DNA from: an uncultured Synechococcus sp.
GTDB lineage: Bacteria > Cyanobacteriota > Cyanobacteriia > PCC-6307 > Cyanobiaceae
DNA length: 56,060 nucleotides
Reading direction: 5' to 3'
Assembly: GCA_913052185.1 (NCBI GenBank)
Contig: CAJXFG010000001.1
Coordinates: 1-56,060 of the forward strand
Below are positions 1-8,254 of this stretch, piece by piece (within the stretch, counting starts at the first letter, position 1; every line of letters begins with the position of its first letter). The notes under the pieces were generated by a model. That model saw only the letters and a program-made list of their open reading frames with translations, did not search any database and was not told where the DNA came from. Position numbers and translations under genes: made by a program.

Positions 1-2
1 TT

Positions 3-1316
3 CAGCTGTTCCATCAGCAGCGCAACCAGAAGCAGCTGGTCACGATGCAGCGGGTGGAACGCCTGCTGCGCAGCAAGGCTGCTGTTGCTGGCCAACCTCA
101 ACAGCTGCAACGCTTGCTCAGCAGGTTCTCCGGATCAAATCTGGCCTTGTGGGGGCACGCCTTGGGTCAGCAGTCCGCATTGTTGACGCCTCAGATTTCA
201 GAGCCTCTGCGCCAGCGGGCCGAGCAGCTTGTTGAAGACCATCCAAAGCCTCGGCTGTTTCGTGATCGCAACAGCAGCTACTTGATTTCCAGCAGCGTCA
301 TGGATCTCAATGGCAACCAACTGAAGCTGTATCTGCTGGAGGACGTCTCGGAAGAGGTGGCGTTTCAGCGCCAGCTGAACGCGCTGCTGCTTCTTGCCGC
401 TGCCCTTGCTGCGCTGCTGACTGTGCTGCTCAATCGCTATGGCATTGCCAGAGCACTGCGTCCCCTGATCGGTGTTGGAAACACGCTGGATGCTTCTTGC
501 ACCAATCCTCTGCAGCAACAGCGTTTTGATCCAGCGCAGCTGCCTCTGGAGTTGAAGCCTCTTGTGCTTGCCCTCGATGCTTTACGCGATCAACTGACGA
601 GTTCATTGGAGCGCCAGCGGCAGTTCGCCAGCAGCATGAGTCATGAGCTGCGCACGCCCATCACCCTGATTGGTGGATACACCCGCCGTCTGCTGCGTCG
701 AGGCGACAACCTCACTGACGATCAGCGCGATCAGTTGCTGATCGTGCAGGACGAAACCCGTCGGCTCGCACAGGTGGTGAGTGATCTGGTGGCGATCATC
801 CGCGCTGAGATCGGCAATCAGCAACTGGAGCTGCAACCCCTCTGCATGGCTGATCTCATTCAGGAATCCATTGCCCTGGTCGAGGCACCGATGCAGCAAC
901 GCGTTGTGGTCATGGCTGACGACGGAATCGATCTTCAGGCGATCCAGGTCTTCGCTGACCGTGCCTCGGTGCAGCAGTGTCTTGTTCATGTGATCGACAA
1001 CGCCTGCAAATACAGTCCAGCGGCTTCACCGGTGGAGATCAGCTGCAGCCTGGATGCGCAGAAGCTGTTCCTGCGGGTTCGTGACCATGGACCGGGAATT
1101 CCAGCGGATGAACGAGAGGTCGTGTTCGAGCGTTTCCGGCGGGGCGCGAACAGCGCCGGGGTCCCAGGTAGTGGCATTGGCCTGACCCTGGTTCGGACGC
1201 TGGCCGATGCGATGGGCGCAAGCGTGCGTGTGGAGGATGCCGACGGTGGCGGAGCTGTTGTGGTGCTGGCCCTCAGGAGATGGATGTCTCCTGAATCGGA
1301 TCCTCTTCGTCGTTGA
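3..1316 (+). CDS. Sensor histidine kinase (TM-HAMP-HisKA-HATPase), 5' end probably outside window
   Basis: H-box SHELRTP, N-box DNACKY, G1 RDHGPGI, G2 GSGIGL; frame is open back to base 3. Confidence 0.9.
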   Translation, partial: QLFHQQRNQKQLVTMQRVERLLRSKAAVAGQPQQLQRLLSRFSGSNLALWGHALGQQSALLTPQISEPLRQRAEQLVEDHPKPRLFRDRNSSYLISSSVMDLNGNQLKLYLLEDVSEEVAFQRQLNALLLLAAALAALLTVLLNRYGIARALRPLIGVGNTLDASCTNPLQQQRFDPAQLPLELKPLVLALDALRDQLTSSLERQRQFASSMSHELRTPITLIGGYTRRLLRRGDNLTDDQRDQLLIVQDETRRLAQVVSDLVAIIRAEIGNQQLELQPLCMADLIQESIALVEAPMQQRVVVMADDGIDLQAIQVFADRASVQQCLVHVIDNACKYSPAASPVEISCSLDAQKLFLRVRDHGPGIPADEREVVFERFRRGANSAGVPGSGIGLTLVRTLADAMGASVRVEDADGGGAVVVLALRRWMSPESDPLRR

Positions 1317-1635
1317 GCAGATAGAAGGCGAGCACCGCCAGACAGGCGATCGCCAGGAACAGATGGTCAATCCAGCCGTAGCGCACACCCATGCCGACGG
1401 CGGCGATGTGGGTGTTGACCACGATCAGCACCAGGGAGAAGCTCGTCAGCAGCAGAGCGGGCAGTCGTTGAATCTGCTGGCGTTGACGCCACATGCTCAG
1501 CAGCGGAGGCAGCAACACCACGGTTGAGACGCCATGCAACAGGCGCATGCTCAGATCACTGTGCAGGTGCGGTGTGATCGACGCCCACAGGTTGGCCGGC
1601 ACCAGCAGTGAGATCAGGATCAGATAGGGAATCAC
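1273..1635 (-). CDS. Small integral membrane protein (about 4 TM), unknown function
   Basis: 120-aa hydrophobic ORF; GTG start overlaps the stop of the upstream kinase by 4 nt. Confidence 0.75.
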   Translation of the reverse strand: MIPYLILISLLVPANLWASITPHLHSDLSMRLLHGVSTVVLLPPLLSMWRQRQQIQRLPALLLTSFSLVLIVVNTHIAAVGMGVRYGWIDHLFLAIACLAVLAFYLLNDEEDPIQETSIS

Positions 1636-3044
1636 GGTGCTCGCCTCAGGTTGATGCCAAAGCAGCTGCCCATGCCGGGTTCACTGTTCACCTTGATGCT
1701 GCCATCCATGGCCTCCACGAGCAGCTTCACCACCGACAGTCCAACGCCGCTGCCGCTCTGCCCGGTGGTGTTGGAGCCGCGATGGAAGCGATCGAAGACA
1801 TAGGCCTGATCCTGCAGCGGGATGCCGATGCCGCGGTCCTCCACCTCAAGCAACAGCCCTGTAGCTGTGGACTTCAGCCGCAGCTGGATGGGCTGCTCCG
1901 CAGGGGAATACTTGTGCGCATTCTCGATCAGGTTGAGCAGAATCTGCCGCAGCCTGGCGGGATCCCCGAGAACTGCAGTTGACGTGGTCTGCTCAGGGAG
2001 CTGCAGCGTTATGTCACGTCCCAGGGCTGTTCCCTGAGCGCGCACCACCTCCTCCAGCAGAGGGCGCAGGTCCACGGGCTCCTGTTTCACCTGCAGCCGG
2101 CCTGAATCGCTGCGCGAGAGGTCGAGCAGGTCGTTGAGCAGCTGCTGCATGCCGATGGTTTCCTCTTCGGCGTCGTGAAGGCGCTGCACCAGTTGTGGCT
2201 CCAGCTCCGGCGCCTTGCGGATCACCCGTTTCAGCGATCCCGACACCAGCGTGAGCGGAGTCTGCAGCTCATGGCTCACCGCACTCACAAACTGACGCTG
2301 CTGGCTCCACGACTGGGCCAGTCGTTCGGTGAGGGCGTTGTAGGTGCGGGTGAGCCGGCTCAGTTCCATGGGCCCCCTCGGTACCGGCAGAGCGGCTGTT
2401 TGCAGGCCCTCTGCGGTCAGTTCGGCACTGCGTGCGCTGAGCTCCTGCAATGGCTTGGTGATCTTTCGCACCAACAGGCTCACCAGCAGCAGAGACGCGC
2501 TCAGGGAGCTCCCCCAGATCAGGATCATCCAGGCCAGAAATTCACTTTGCGCAGAGCCCAGGCCGGAGATCTCCGTGCTGCTCCAGAGCAGATCACCGGA
2601 TGCCAGCCTGCGGTCCAGCAGCGTGAGGTAGTCGCGTCCCTGCAGCGCGATCAGATGCGACTGGCCGGTCTGCCGCAGGGGGTTCGCCTCAACCGCAGCC
2701 TGCAGTAATGCCGCAGGGATCGGGCGATAGGCCCGCCCGGGTGTGATCACCTGCCCGTTGGGTTGTTCCAGCCACAGGTTGGTGCGCACGCTGGAGTGAT
2801 CCTGGAGTTCCTGCACGATCACCGTTTCCCCCAGATCCGCCTTGGCTTCCATGCGCAAAGCGAGTGATGCCGAGGCGGCCAGCAGCTCTGCTTCGCCGAC
2901 CCGCAGCCGGCTGCGTTCACTCAGCAACAGTCCTGCGCTGGTGGCACCGGTGAAGCCGAGCAGCACGGCGGCGTAGGTGGCGAGTTGCAGCTGGCCGAGC
3001 ATGGTGCCCGTCAGGCGAGAGCGCCAGTTGCCGGAACGGTTCAT
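1632..3044 (-). CDS. Sensor histidine kinase (2 TM, HAMP, HisKA, HATPase)
   Basis: SHELQTP, ENAHKY, EDRGIGI, GSGVGL motifs; ATG at 3044 chosen as start. Confidence 0.92.
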   Translation of the reverse strand: MNRSGNWRSRLTGTMLGQLQLATYAAVLLGFTGATSAGLLLSERSRLRVGEAELLAASASLALRMEAKADLGETVIVQELQDHSSVRTNLWLEQPNGQVITPGRAYRPIPAALLQAAVEANPLRQTGQSHLIALQGRDYLTLLDRRLASGDLLWSSTEISGLGSAQSEFLAWMILIWGSSLSASLLLVSLLVRKITKPLQELSARSAELTAEGLQTAALPVPRGPMELSRLTRTYNALTERLAQSWSQQRQFVSAVSHELQTPLTLVSGSLKRVIRKAPELEPQLVQRLHDAEEETIGMQQLLNDLLDLSRSDSGRLQVKQEPVDLRPLLEEVVRAQGTALGRDITLQLPEQTTSTAVLGDPARLRQILLNLIENAHKYSPAEQPIQLRLKSTATGLLLEVEDRGIGIPLQDQAYVFDRFHRGSNTTGQSGSGVGLSVVKLLVEAMDGSIKVNSEPGMGSCFGINLRRAP

Positions 3045-3110
3045 GCCCCCAATCCTGCTCACTGTCTGACAAGCGGGCAAGAATGCACGGGATCAGCACT
3101 GCACTGTTCA

Positions 3111-3983
3111 GTGAGTTTTGCCGCCTCGCCCCTGGGCATCGCCCGTCCCAGCCTCTCGGCCCGCATGGCCCGCTGGGGTTTGGTGATCGTGGCGATCTAC
3201 GGGCTGGTGGCTCTGGTCACGCCCGTGCTGCTGTCAGCAGGCCTGCTGCCGGATCCCAATGCCGGTCTGGACAATCCCATTTACGCACCGCCTTCAATGG
3301 CGCATTGGTGCGGCACCGATCGACTGGGTCGTGATGTGTGCGTGCGCACGCTGCAGGGCAGCGGAGTGGCTTTGCAGGTGGTGCTGCTCGCCGTGACCTT
3401 CGCGCTGGCGATTGGCGTGCCCCTGGGGATGGTGAGTGGCTATCTGGGGGGAGCGGTGGATCGGGTGCTGGTGCTGCTGATGGACACGCTCTACACCCTG
3501 CCGGTGTTGTTGCTGTCGGTGGTGCTGGCCTTTCTGCTTGGGCGGGGCGTTCCCAACGCGGCAGCGGCGTTGTGCGTGGTGTACATCCCGCAGTACTTCA
3601 GGGTGGTGCGCAATCAGACAGCGCAGGTGAAAGCCGAGCTGTTCGTGGAGGCGGCGCGCACGCTCGGGGCCGGACCTGTCTGGATTCTGCGCCGTTACCT
3701 GCTGCGCAACGTGATCACCTCGGTGCCGGTGCTGCTCACGCTCAATGCCGCCGATGCGGTGCTGGTGCTGGGTGGTCTCGGCTTCCTCGGCCTTGGTCTT
3801 CCGGAAACGGTGCCGGAATGGGGCAGCGATCTCAACCTCGCTCTTGCGGCAGTGCCCACCGGCGTGTGGTGGACGGCCCTGTATCCAGGCCTGGCGATGT
3901 TCGTACTCGTGCTGGGACTGTCGTTTCTGGGTGAGGGTCTTGAAGCCTGGGTGAGCAGCACGGGGCGGGACGCGGCAAAATAA
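3111..3983 (+). CDS. Peptide/nickel ABC transporter permease (DppC/OppC family)
   Basis: HWCGTDRLGRD and EAARTLGA (EAA loop) motifs; start uncertain (3111 GTG or 3165 ATG). Confidence 0.9.
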   Translation: MSFAASPLGIARPSLSARMARWGLVIVAIYGLVALVTPVLLSAGLLPDPNAGLDNPIYAPPSMAHWCGTDRLGRDVCVRTLQGSGVALQVVLLAVTFALAIGVPLGMVSGYLGGAVDRVLVLLMDTLYTLPVLLLSVVLAFLLGRGVPNAAAALCVVYIPQYFRVVRNQTAQVKAELFVEAARTLGAGPVWILRRYLLRNVITSVPVLLTLNAADAVLVLGGLGFLGLGLPETVPEWGSDLNLALAAVPTGVWWTALYPGLAMFVLVLGLSFLGEGLEAWVSSTGRDAAK

Positions 3984-4003
3984 GTTCAGGAACTGATCCG
4001 ACC

Positions 4004-4264
4004 ATGCCGTTCTGGGCCACGCTCGCGCTGTTGACGCTGATGCTGACCCTGTGGGTGTCCGGTCGCAGCAATCCCGATGATGTGATCGGTCTGCTGGAGC
4101 AGATGCTGGCGATCGCCCTGGGGCTCGTGGTTCTGTTCATCGGCCGCAGCCTGCCGCTGGAAATCCTCGCTCTGGTGTTTGCGTTGCGGCTGCCGGCAGC
4201 TCGCCAGAACCATCCGGTGATGGAGCGCAGACAGGGCAGCAAGGACGTGTTGATGCCGTTCTGA
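4004..4264 (+). CDS. Hypothetical small membrane protein
   Basis: 86-aa hydrophobic ORF 20 nt after the permease. Confidence 0.65.
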   Translation: MPFWATLALLTLMLTLWVSGRSNPDDVIGLLEQMLAIALGLVVLFIGRSLPLEILALVFALRLPAARQNHPVMERRQGSKDVLMPF

Positions 4265-4307
4265 ATCAGTCCTGGACGCTCTGGGTCTGGTTCAGCCTGG
4301 CTTTGGT

Positions 4308-4997
4308 TCAGCAATGCAGCTTGGCTGTGCGTGGAAGCTCCTCCAGGATCTCCCCGTCCTCTGAGAGGGCCGGGTAGCTGCGCCCTTGTTCGCGGCACCA
4401 AGCCGCCACCTCCGGGTAGCACCACTCAAACAGCAAATCGTCGTAGCGCTCTTCCGGAATCCCTTCGCCGTGCAGTGGGGCCAGGCCAGCGGCCTGCCGT
4501 TGCCTGAGCGCCTCGAACAGCAGTGTGGCTGTGGCGACCGACACGTTCAACGACTGCACCATGCCTCGCATCGGGATGAAAACCGCCTGATCCATGAGCG
4601 CAGTGGCTTCCTCGGTCAGCCCCCATTTCTCCGCACCCAGAACGAAGGCGCAGGGGCCGGTGAAGTCACAGTCGCGATAGTCGCGTGCATCCACGCTCAG
4701 GTTGGTGCCGTAAAGCCGAAAACCATGATCCTTGAGATGGCGCACTGCACTGCTGATGTCGGCATGGTCATGCAGTGGCACCCAGCGTTGGCTTCCCTGG
4801 GCGGTGCTGTTGAAGGTGCGGGGCCTGCCGCTGAAGCTGACTGCATGGGCTTCCAGAACCCCCACGGCGTCGCAGCTGCGCAGAATCGCCGAGAGGTTGT
4901 GGGGTTTTTCCACATGCTCCACCAGCACGGTCAGATCCGACATGCGGCAGTCCAGAACCTGTTTCAGGCGCTGAAATCGGCGGGGAAGGATCGGCAT
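4308..4997 (-). CDS. trmH: tRNA (guanosine-18 2'-O)-methyltransferase
   Basis: SPOUT motifs KPHNLSAILRSCDAVG, LGAEKWG, IPMRGMVQSLNVSVA. Confidence 0.92.
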   Translation of the reverse strand: MPILPRRFQRLKQVLDCRMSDLTVLVEHVEKPHNLSAILRSCDAVGVLEAHAVSFSGRPRTFNSTAQGSQRWVPLHDHADISSAVRHLKDHGFRLYGTNLSVDARDYRDCDFTGPCAFVLGAEKWGLTEEATALMDQAVFIPMRGMVQSLNVSVATATLLFEALRQRQAAGLAPLHGEGIPEERYDDLLFEWCYPEVAAWCREQGRSYPALSEDGEILEELPRTAKLHC

Positions 4998-5179
4998 CGC
5001 TGAGACCGCTGCACGCGCAAGTGTTTGCTGGCAGCCATGGGGGCATTGCTCAGATTTGCATGCAAGCCGCAGGCGGCAGCCCCATCAAGGCTCAGTGCAT
5101 TTGCTACACAAGCCGATGTCATGCCCACCGGTTGAAGCCGCCTTCCGCTGGTAACCCTGATCGAAGAGACCGATCAGCG

Positions 5180-5503
5180 ATGGGCACGATCTTGACGTCC
5201 AATGCGGCTTTGGAGCTCATGCGTCAATCCGCTGTTGCGGGCATCCCGGGTGAAATGCATGCCGAACTCGTGTCCGGGGGCTGCTCGGATTACGCGATTG
5301 TGTTCAAAGCAGGTCGTCACTCAGGCGAACCCATCTCCAGGGAATCGGGAGTGACGCTCTACTCCAATGCTGAACAGGTTGGGCTGTTTGCGGGAATCGT
5401 GATCGACTATCAGGAGTCACTGTCTGGCGGAGGGTTTTTCCTTTCAGGCAAGTCGATTGATGTGTCGTCCTGTGGGAACTGCTTCTCATTCAAGGCTGAT
5501 TAA
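5180..5503 (+). CDS. HesB/IscA-like (A-type Fe-S carrier fold) protein
   Basis: SGGCS motif, IDYQESLSGGGF, C-terminal SCGNCFSF; 107 aa. Confidence 0.75.
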   Translation: MGTILTSNAALELMRQSAVAGIPGEMHAELVSGGCSDYAIVFKAGRHSGEPISRESGVTLYSNAEQVGLFAGIVIDYQESLSGGGFFLSGKSIDVSSCGNCFSFKAD

Positions 5504-5598
5504 CGATTGTCAGTTGCTTGAAGGCTCTTTCAGGAGTGCTAATCGATTGCTTGAATGAACCGCTGATTGCACCAGTTGAAACGATTTCTTGTTGTCAA

Positions 5599-5793
5599 TT
5601 AGCCGCAGCATCCTTTCTGTTGGAGCGGGGTGACCGTGACACCGCTGATCACCTGCGGATCCATGATCACGCGCACCTGGATGCCGCCGTTGGGATCATC
5701 GGCAAGTTCGATGCCGAGGCCAAGCAGTTCTTTTCCGGCCTCGTTTTTGTAATTAATCAGTTCCAGTTTTTGGATATTGCCTGTTTCTGGCAT
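5599..5793 (-). CDS. Hypothetical 64-aa protein ending in GCCG
   Basis: ATG-TAA ORF with protein-like composition filling the gap. Confidence 0.6.
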   Translation of the reverse strand: MPETGNIQKLELINYKNEAGKELLGLGIELADDPNGGIQVRVIMDPQVISGVTVTPLQQKGCCG

Positions 5794-5861
5794 TGTTCAA
5801 ATCTGGCGAGTGAGGCTTCATTCTGCCTTCTCGTTGTTGCAAGGATGATCGTGCAATGCGA

Positions 5862-6410
5862 TCAAATCGGTTCATCGCTCCTGCAGAGCTTGTGCGCTGT
5901 GCAGGCATAACGCTGGCAAAAGCTATCCATCAGCGCCTGTTGTCCTGAGCGCGACGCTTTGCTCTGAATGATGCGCCAGACAGGCTTGTCCTTCAGGTAG
6001 CCATTCAGATGCTGCTCAGCGTCCATGCCATGGCCGAGGGGTGGAAGTCTCTCTCCACGCGCGACGCGATCCACCAGATTCCAGTCCTGAGCGATGCCGG
6101 CATCCGTGACCACTGGCAAGGCGTCAATCCGGCAAGGTTCGTTTGCAGAGGCATTGTTGCCAGGATCGCGCGGTCTTGCGCGCAGCCAAAGCTCGGTGTC
6201 GTTGTTGCGGACCTGCAGATAGCGCAGCTCAGCGGCCTGGAGTCCGTAGGTGGCCATCAACTGGAAGGCGAACCCATAACGGCGTCCCATCGTTGTGTTC
6301 GGCAGGGCTGCGAGCAGCTCCAGGATGTCTGAATCCTCCAGGGCGTAGATGAGCGGGTCGCGTGGGATCGTCCTGATCTCTTGGCGAGGCCAGTGACTGG
6401 GCTCAGTCAT
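5862..6410 (-). CDS. Degenerate tyrosine recombinase/integrase-like protein
   Basis: FAFQLMATYGLQAAEL resembles box I (TYGLRxxEL); SFCQRYA resembles box II (SFRHRYA). Confidence 0.65.
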   Translation of the reverse strand: MTEPSHWPRQEIRTIPRDPLIYALEDSDILELLAALPNTTMGRRYGFAFQLMATYGLQAAELRYLQVRNNDTELWLRARPRDPGNNASANEPCRIDALPVVTDAGIAQDWNLVDRVARGERLPPLGHGMDAEQHLNGYLKDKPVWRIIQSKASRSGQQALMDSFCQRYACTAHKLCRSDEPI

Positions 6411-6494
6411 ATCTGATTGCAGCGTTGCCGTTGTTCAGTCACGTCTTGGCAGGAGGTCTTCAACAGCATGAAGCTGCCTATGACCGTCGTCAGC

Positions 6495-6818
6495 ATGAAA
6501 AAATCTGTTCCGGTGAGTCTGTCCGCGGCGCTGTCGCTGGCTGCCCTGCTTCCGATCACGGCAACTCCGCTGTTGGCGTATGACCAAGACGGCTACGACA
6601 GCCGTGATTATCTGTATCAACCCGACGTGTCGGCTCAGCGGGCTGCATGGAGCGAATCAGGCGCAGACACCAACAGTTGTGTTGAGGGCAGCGTGATCGG
6701 AGGGCTGCTGGGTGCTGGTCTTGGTGCCGCGCTCTCCCGCGGCAATGGTCGTTGGATTGGTGTGCCTGTCGGTGGAGCTGCGGGTGCTCTGATTGGTTGC
6801 CAGGTCGATGGGGGCTGA
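6495..6818 (+). CDS. Exported glycine-zipper (2TM) protein
   Basis: Signal-peptide-like N-terminus, then GSVIGGLLGAGLGAALS...GGAAGALIGCQVDGG; alternative ATGs at 6468 and 6480. Confidence 0.8.
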   Translation: MKKSVPVSLSAALSLAALLPITATPLLAYDQDGYDSRDYLYQPDVSAQRAAWSESGADTNSCVEGSVIGGLLGAGLGAALSRGNGRWIGVPVGGAAGALIGCQVDGG

Positions 6819-7189
6819 TGACGTCACCGCAACGCAGCTCGTTTGATCAACGTGTGAGTGCTGTTGTTGCCTGCATTCCCCATGGCCGTTTGTGCACCTA
6901 TGGGCAGGTTGCCGATTGGATCGGTGCCTACGGCTGTGCGCGTCAGGTGGGTTGGGCTCTGCGTCGTTTGAGCCTGCCCTCCAGGATTCCCTGGCAGCGG
7001 GTGGTGAATGCGCAGGGACGCATCTCCATGAGCCTCAGTCGCGAGGGATCCGACTGGATGCAGCGAGAACTGTTGATCGCTGAAGGAATCCCGGTCGCTC
7101 TCGACGGTCGTTTGCCCCTCAAAAGGTTTCTGTGGGTGCCTGATGAGGGGCAGATCGCCCGGATGGGTCAGTTGCTCAGGGCGCTGTAA
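6818..7189 (+). CDS. MGMT-family alkyltransferase-like (ATL) protein
   Basis: TYGQVA, ARQVGWAL, and PWQRVVN with Trp in place of the catalytic Cys of PCHRV. Confidence 0.88.
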   Translation: MTSPQRSSFDQRVSAVVACIPHGRLCTYGQVADWIGAYGCARQVGWALRRLSLPSRIPWQRVVNAQGRISMSLSREGSDWMQRELLIAEGIPVALDGRLPLKRFLWVPDEGQIARMGQLLRAL

Positions 7190-7947
7190 GCGACGGTGAT
7201 CACAAGACGCGTGACTTCGATGACACCAGCCACAACGAACACTGTTGCGACTTTGGTCGCCCAGCGAGGTGGCTGATTGCCCCTCCAGCGGCTGGAGACA
7301 CTCATCCACTGCATCTCGGCGGAGGCTGGAAAAGCGATTCTGCTGGCCCGGCCTGAAGCCAGTTGGTTGCTGAGCTTGGAACCTGTTCCAATCGCTTTGT
7401 CGCTGAAGGCGTAACCCAGAGACACTGCAGCAGTGCGATTGAAGGCCGATTGCGCTGAGCCTGGTTGGGATTGCCAGGACCGCATGAATGGAACGCCATG
7501 GTCCCCAAAGGCCTCGCTGTATTCCTCCGAATCAATCAGGGAATCCACGAATGCGTCATGTCCTTGTGCAGCCTGCACCTGGATGGATGCTGAGACCTCC
7601 CCTTGATCATGAGGCGGCCTGCCTAAAAGATGTTTGAAATCCAGTTCGATTGTTCTCTGCGGAGAGCATGAATCGTAAAAGTTTTTGCGATAGAAGTCGG
7701 ACTTGGCGAGGCCACGGATGAACTCGCGGACCGAAATGCGTCCGTCTCTCAGCTCGGCCTCCAGCGAGGTTGAGCGTTCGCAATCCATCACGTGTCCGTT
7801 GCCATAGACATGCTTGTAGGCCGCCTGAATCGCCATATCAATATCTGCAGACTCAGCTGAACCTTCAAATCCGGAGCGAAGTTTTACCGGTTGCTTTGTT
7901 GCACGTTCACCACCGAATTGTGTTGCGACTGAGGTGGATGACAGCAT
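7168..7947 (-). CDS. Phycobilisome linker polypeptide with C-terminal hydrophobic helix
   Basis: Linker domain AYKHVYGN...SVREFIRGLAKS...FKHLLGRPP...DSEEYSEAFG; hydrophobic tail KVATVFVVAGVIEVTRLVITVAYSAL. Confidence 0.9.
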   Translation of the reverse strand: MLSSTSVATQFGGERATKQPVKLRSGFEGSAESADIDMAIQAAYKHVYGNGHVMDCERSTSLEAELRDGRISVREFIRGLAKSDFYRKNFYDSCSPQRTIELDFKHLLGRPPHDQGEVSASIQVQAAQGHDAFVDSLIDSEEYSEAFGDHGVPFMRSWQSQPGSAQSAFNRTAAVSLGYAFSDKAIGTGSKLSNQLASGRASRIAFPASAEMQWMSVSSRWRGNQPPRWATKVATVFVVAGVIEVTRLVITVAYSALSN

Positions 7948-8254
7948 GGCAAATTTTGGACGTGATGTTGGTATCAAAGAGAGTCTTGGCCCGAACTAAG
8001 ATTGAAATGCTGGATTCTTAAGTTTTCGCAAAACAAAAAGACCTAATTTCAAATTTGCCCCCGCTTTTGGTGAACTTGGGTTTCGTTTTCAAGGGTTTTT
8101 CGATACATCTGCTACCACGTCGGTTTTTCGTTTTGCGGTCGTCGCGCCTGTCTGTTCGGCGAGTGGTCTGAGGCTGGGCTGATCCTCTCTTCTTGCTTCA
8201 CAGGTCGGACGCTTGACTCTGCTGACTGATGATTGGACGCAGTGAAGCCCGCCT

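Noticed and set aside
5180-5793. Selenoprotein possibility for the HesB-like and CCG proteins
   Set aside because: No in-frame TGA; both end in TAA
5518-5910. 130-aa plus-strand ORF
   Set aside because: TTG start; overlaps two better minus-strand ORFs; no motif
8102-8115. NtcA-like site GAT-N8-TAC upstream of the linker gene
   Set aside because: One half-site deviates from GTA-N8-TAC; too weak to call
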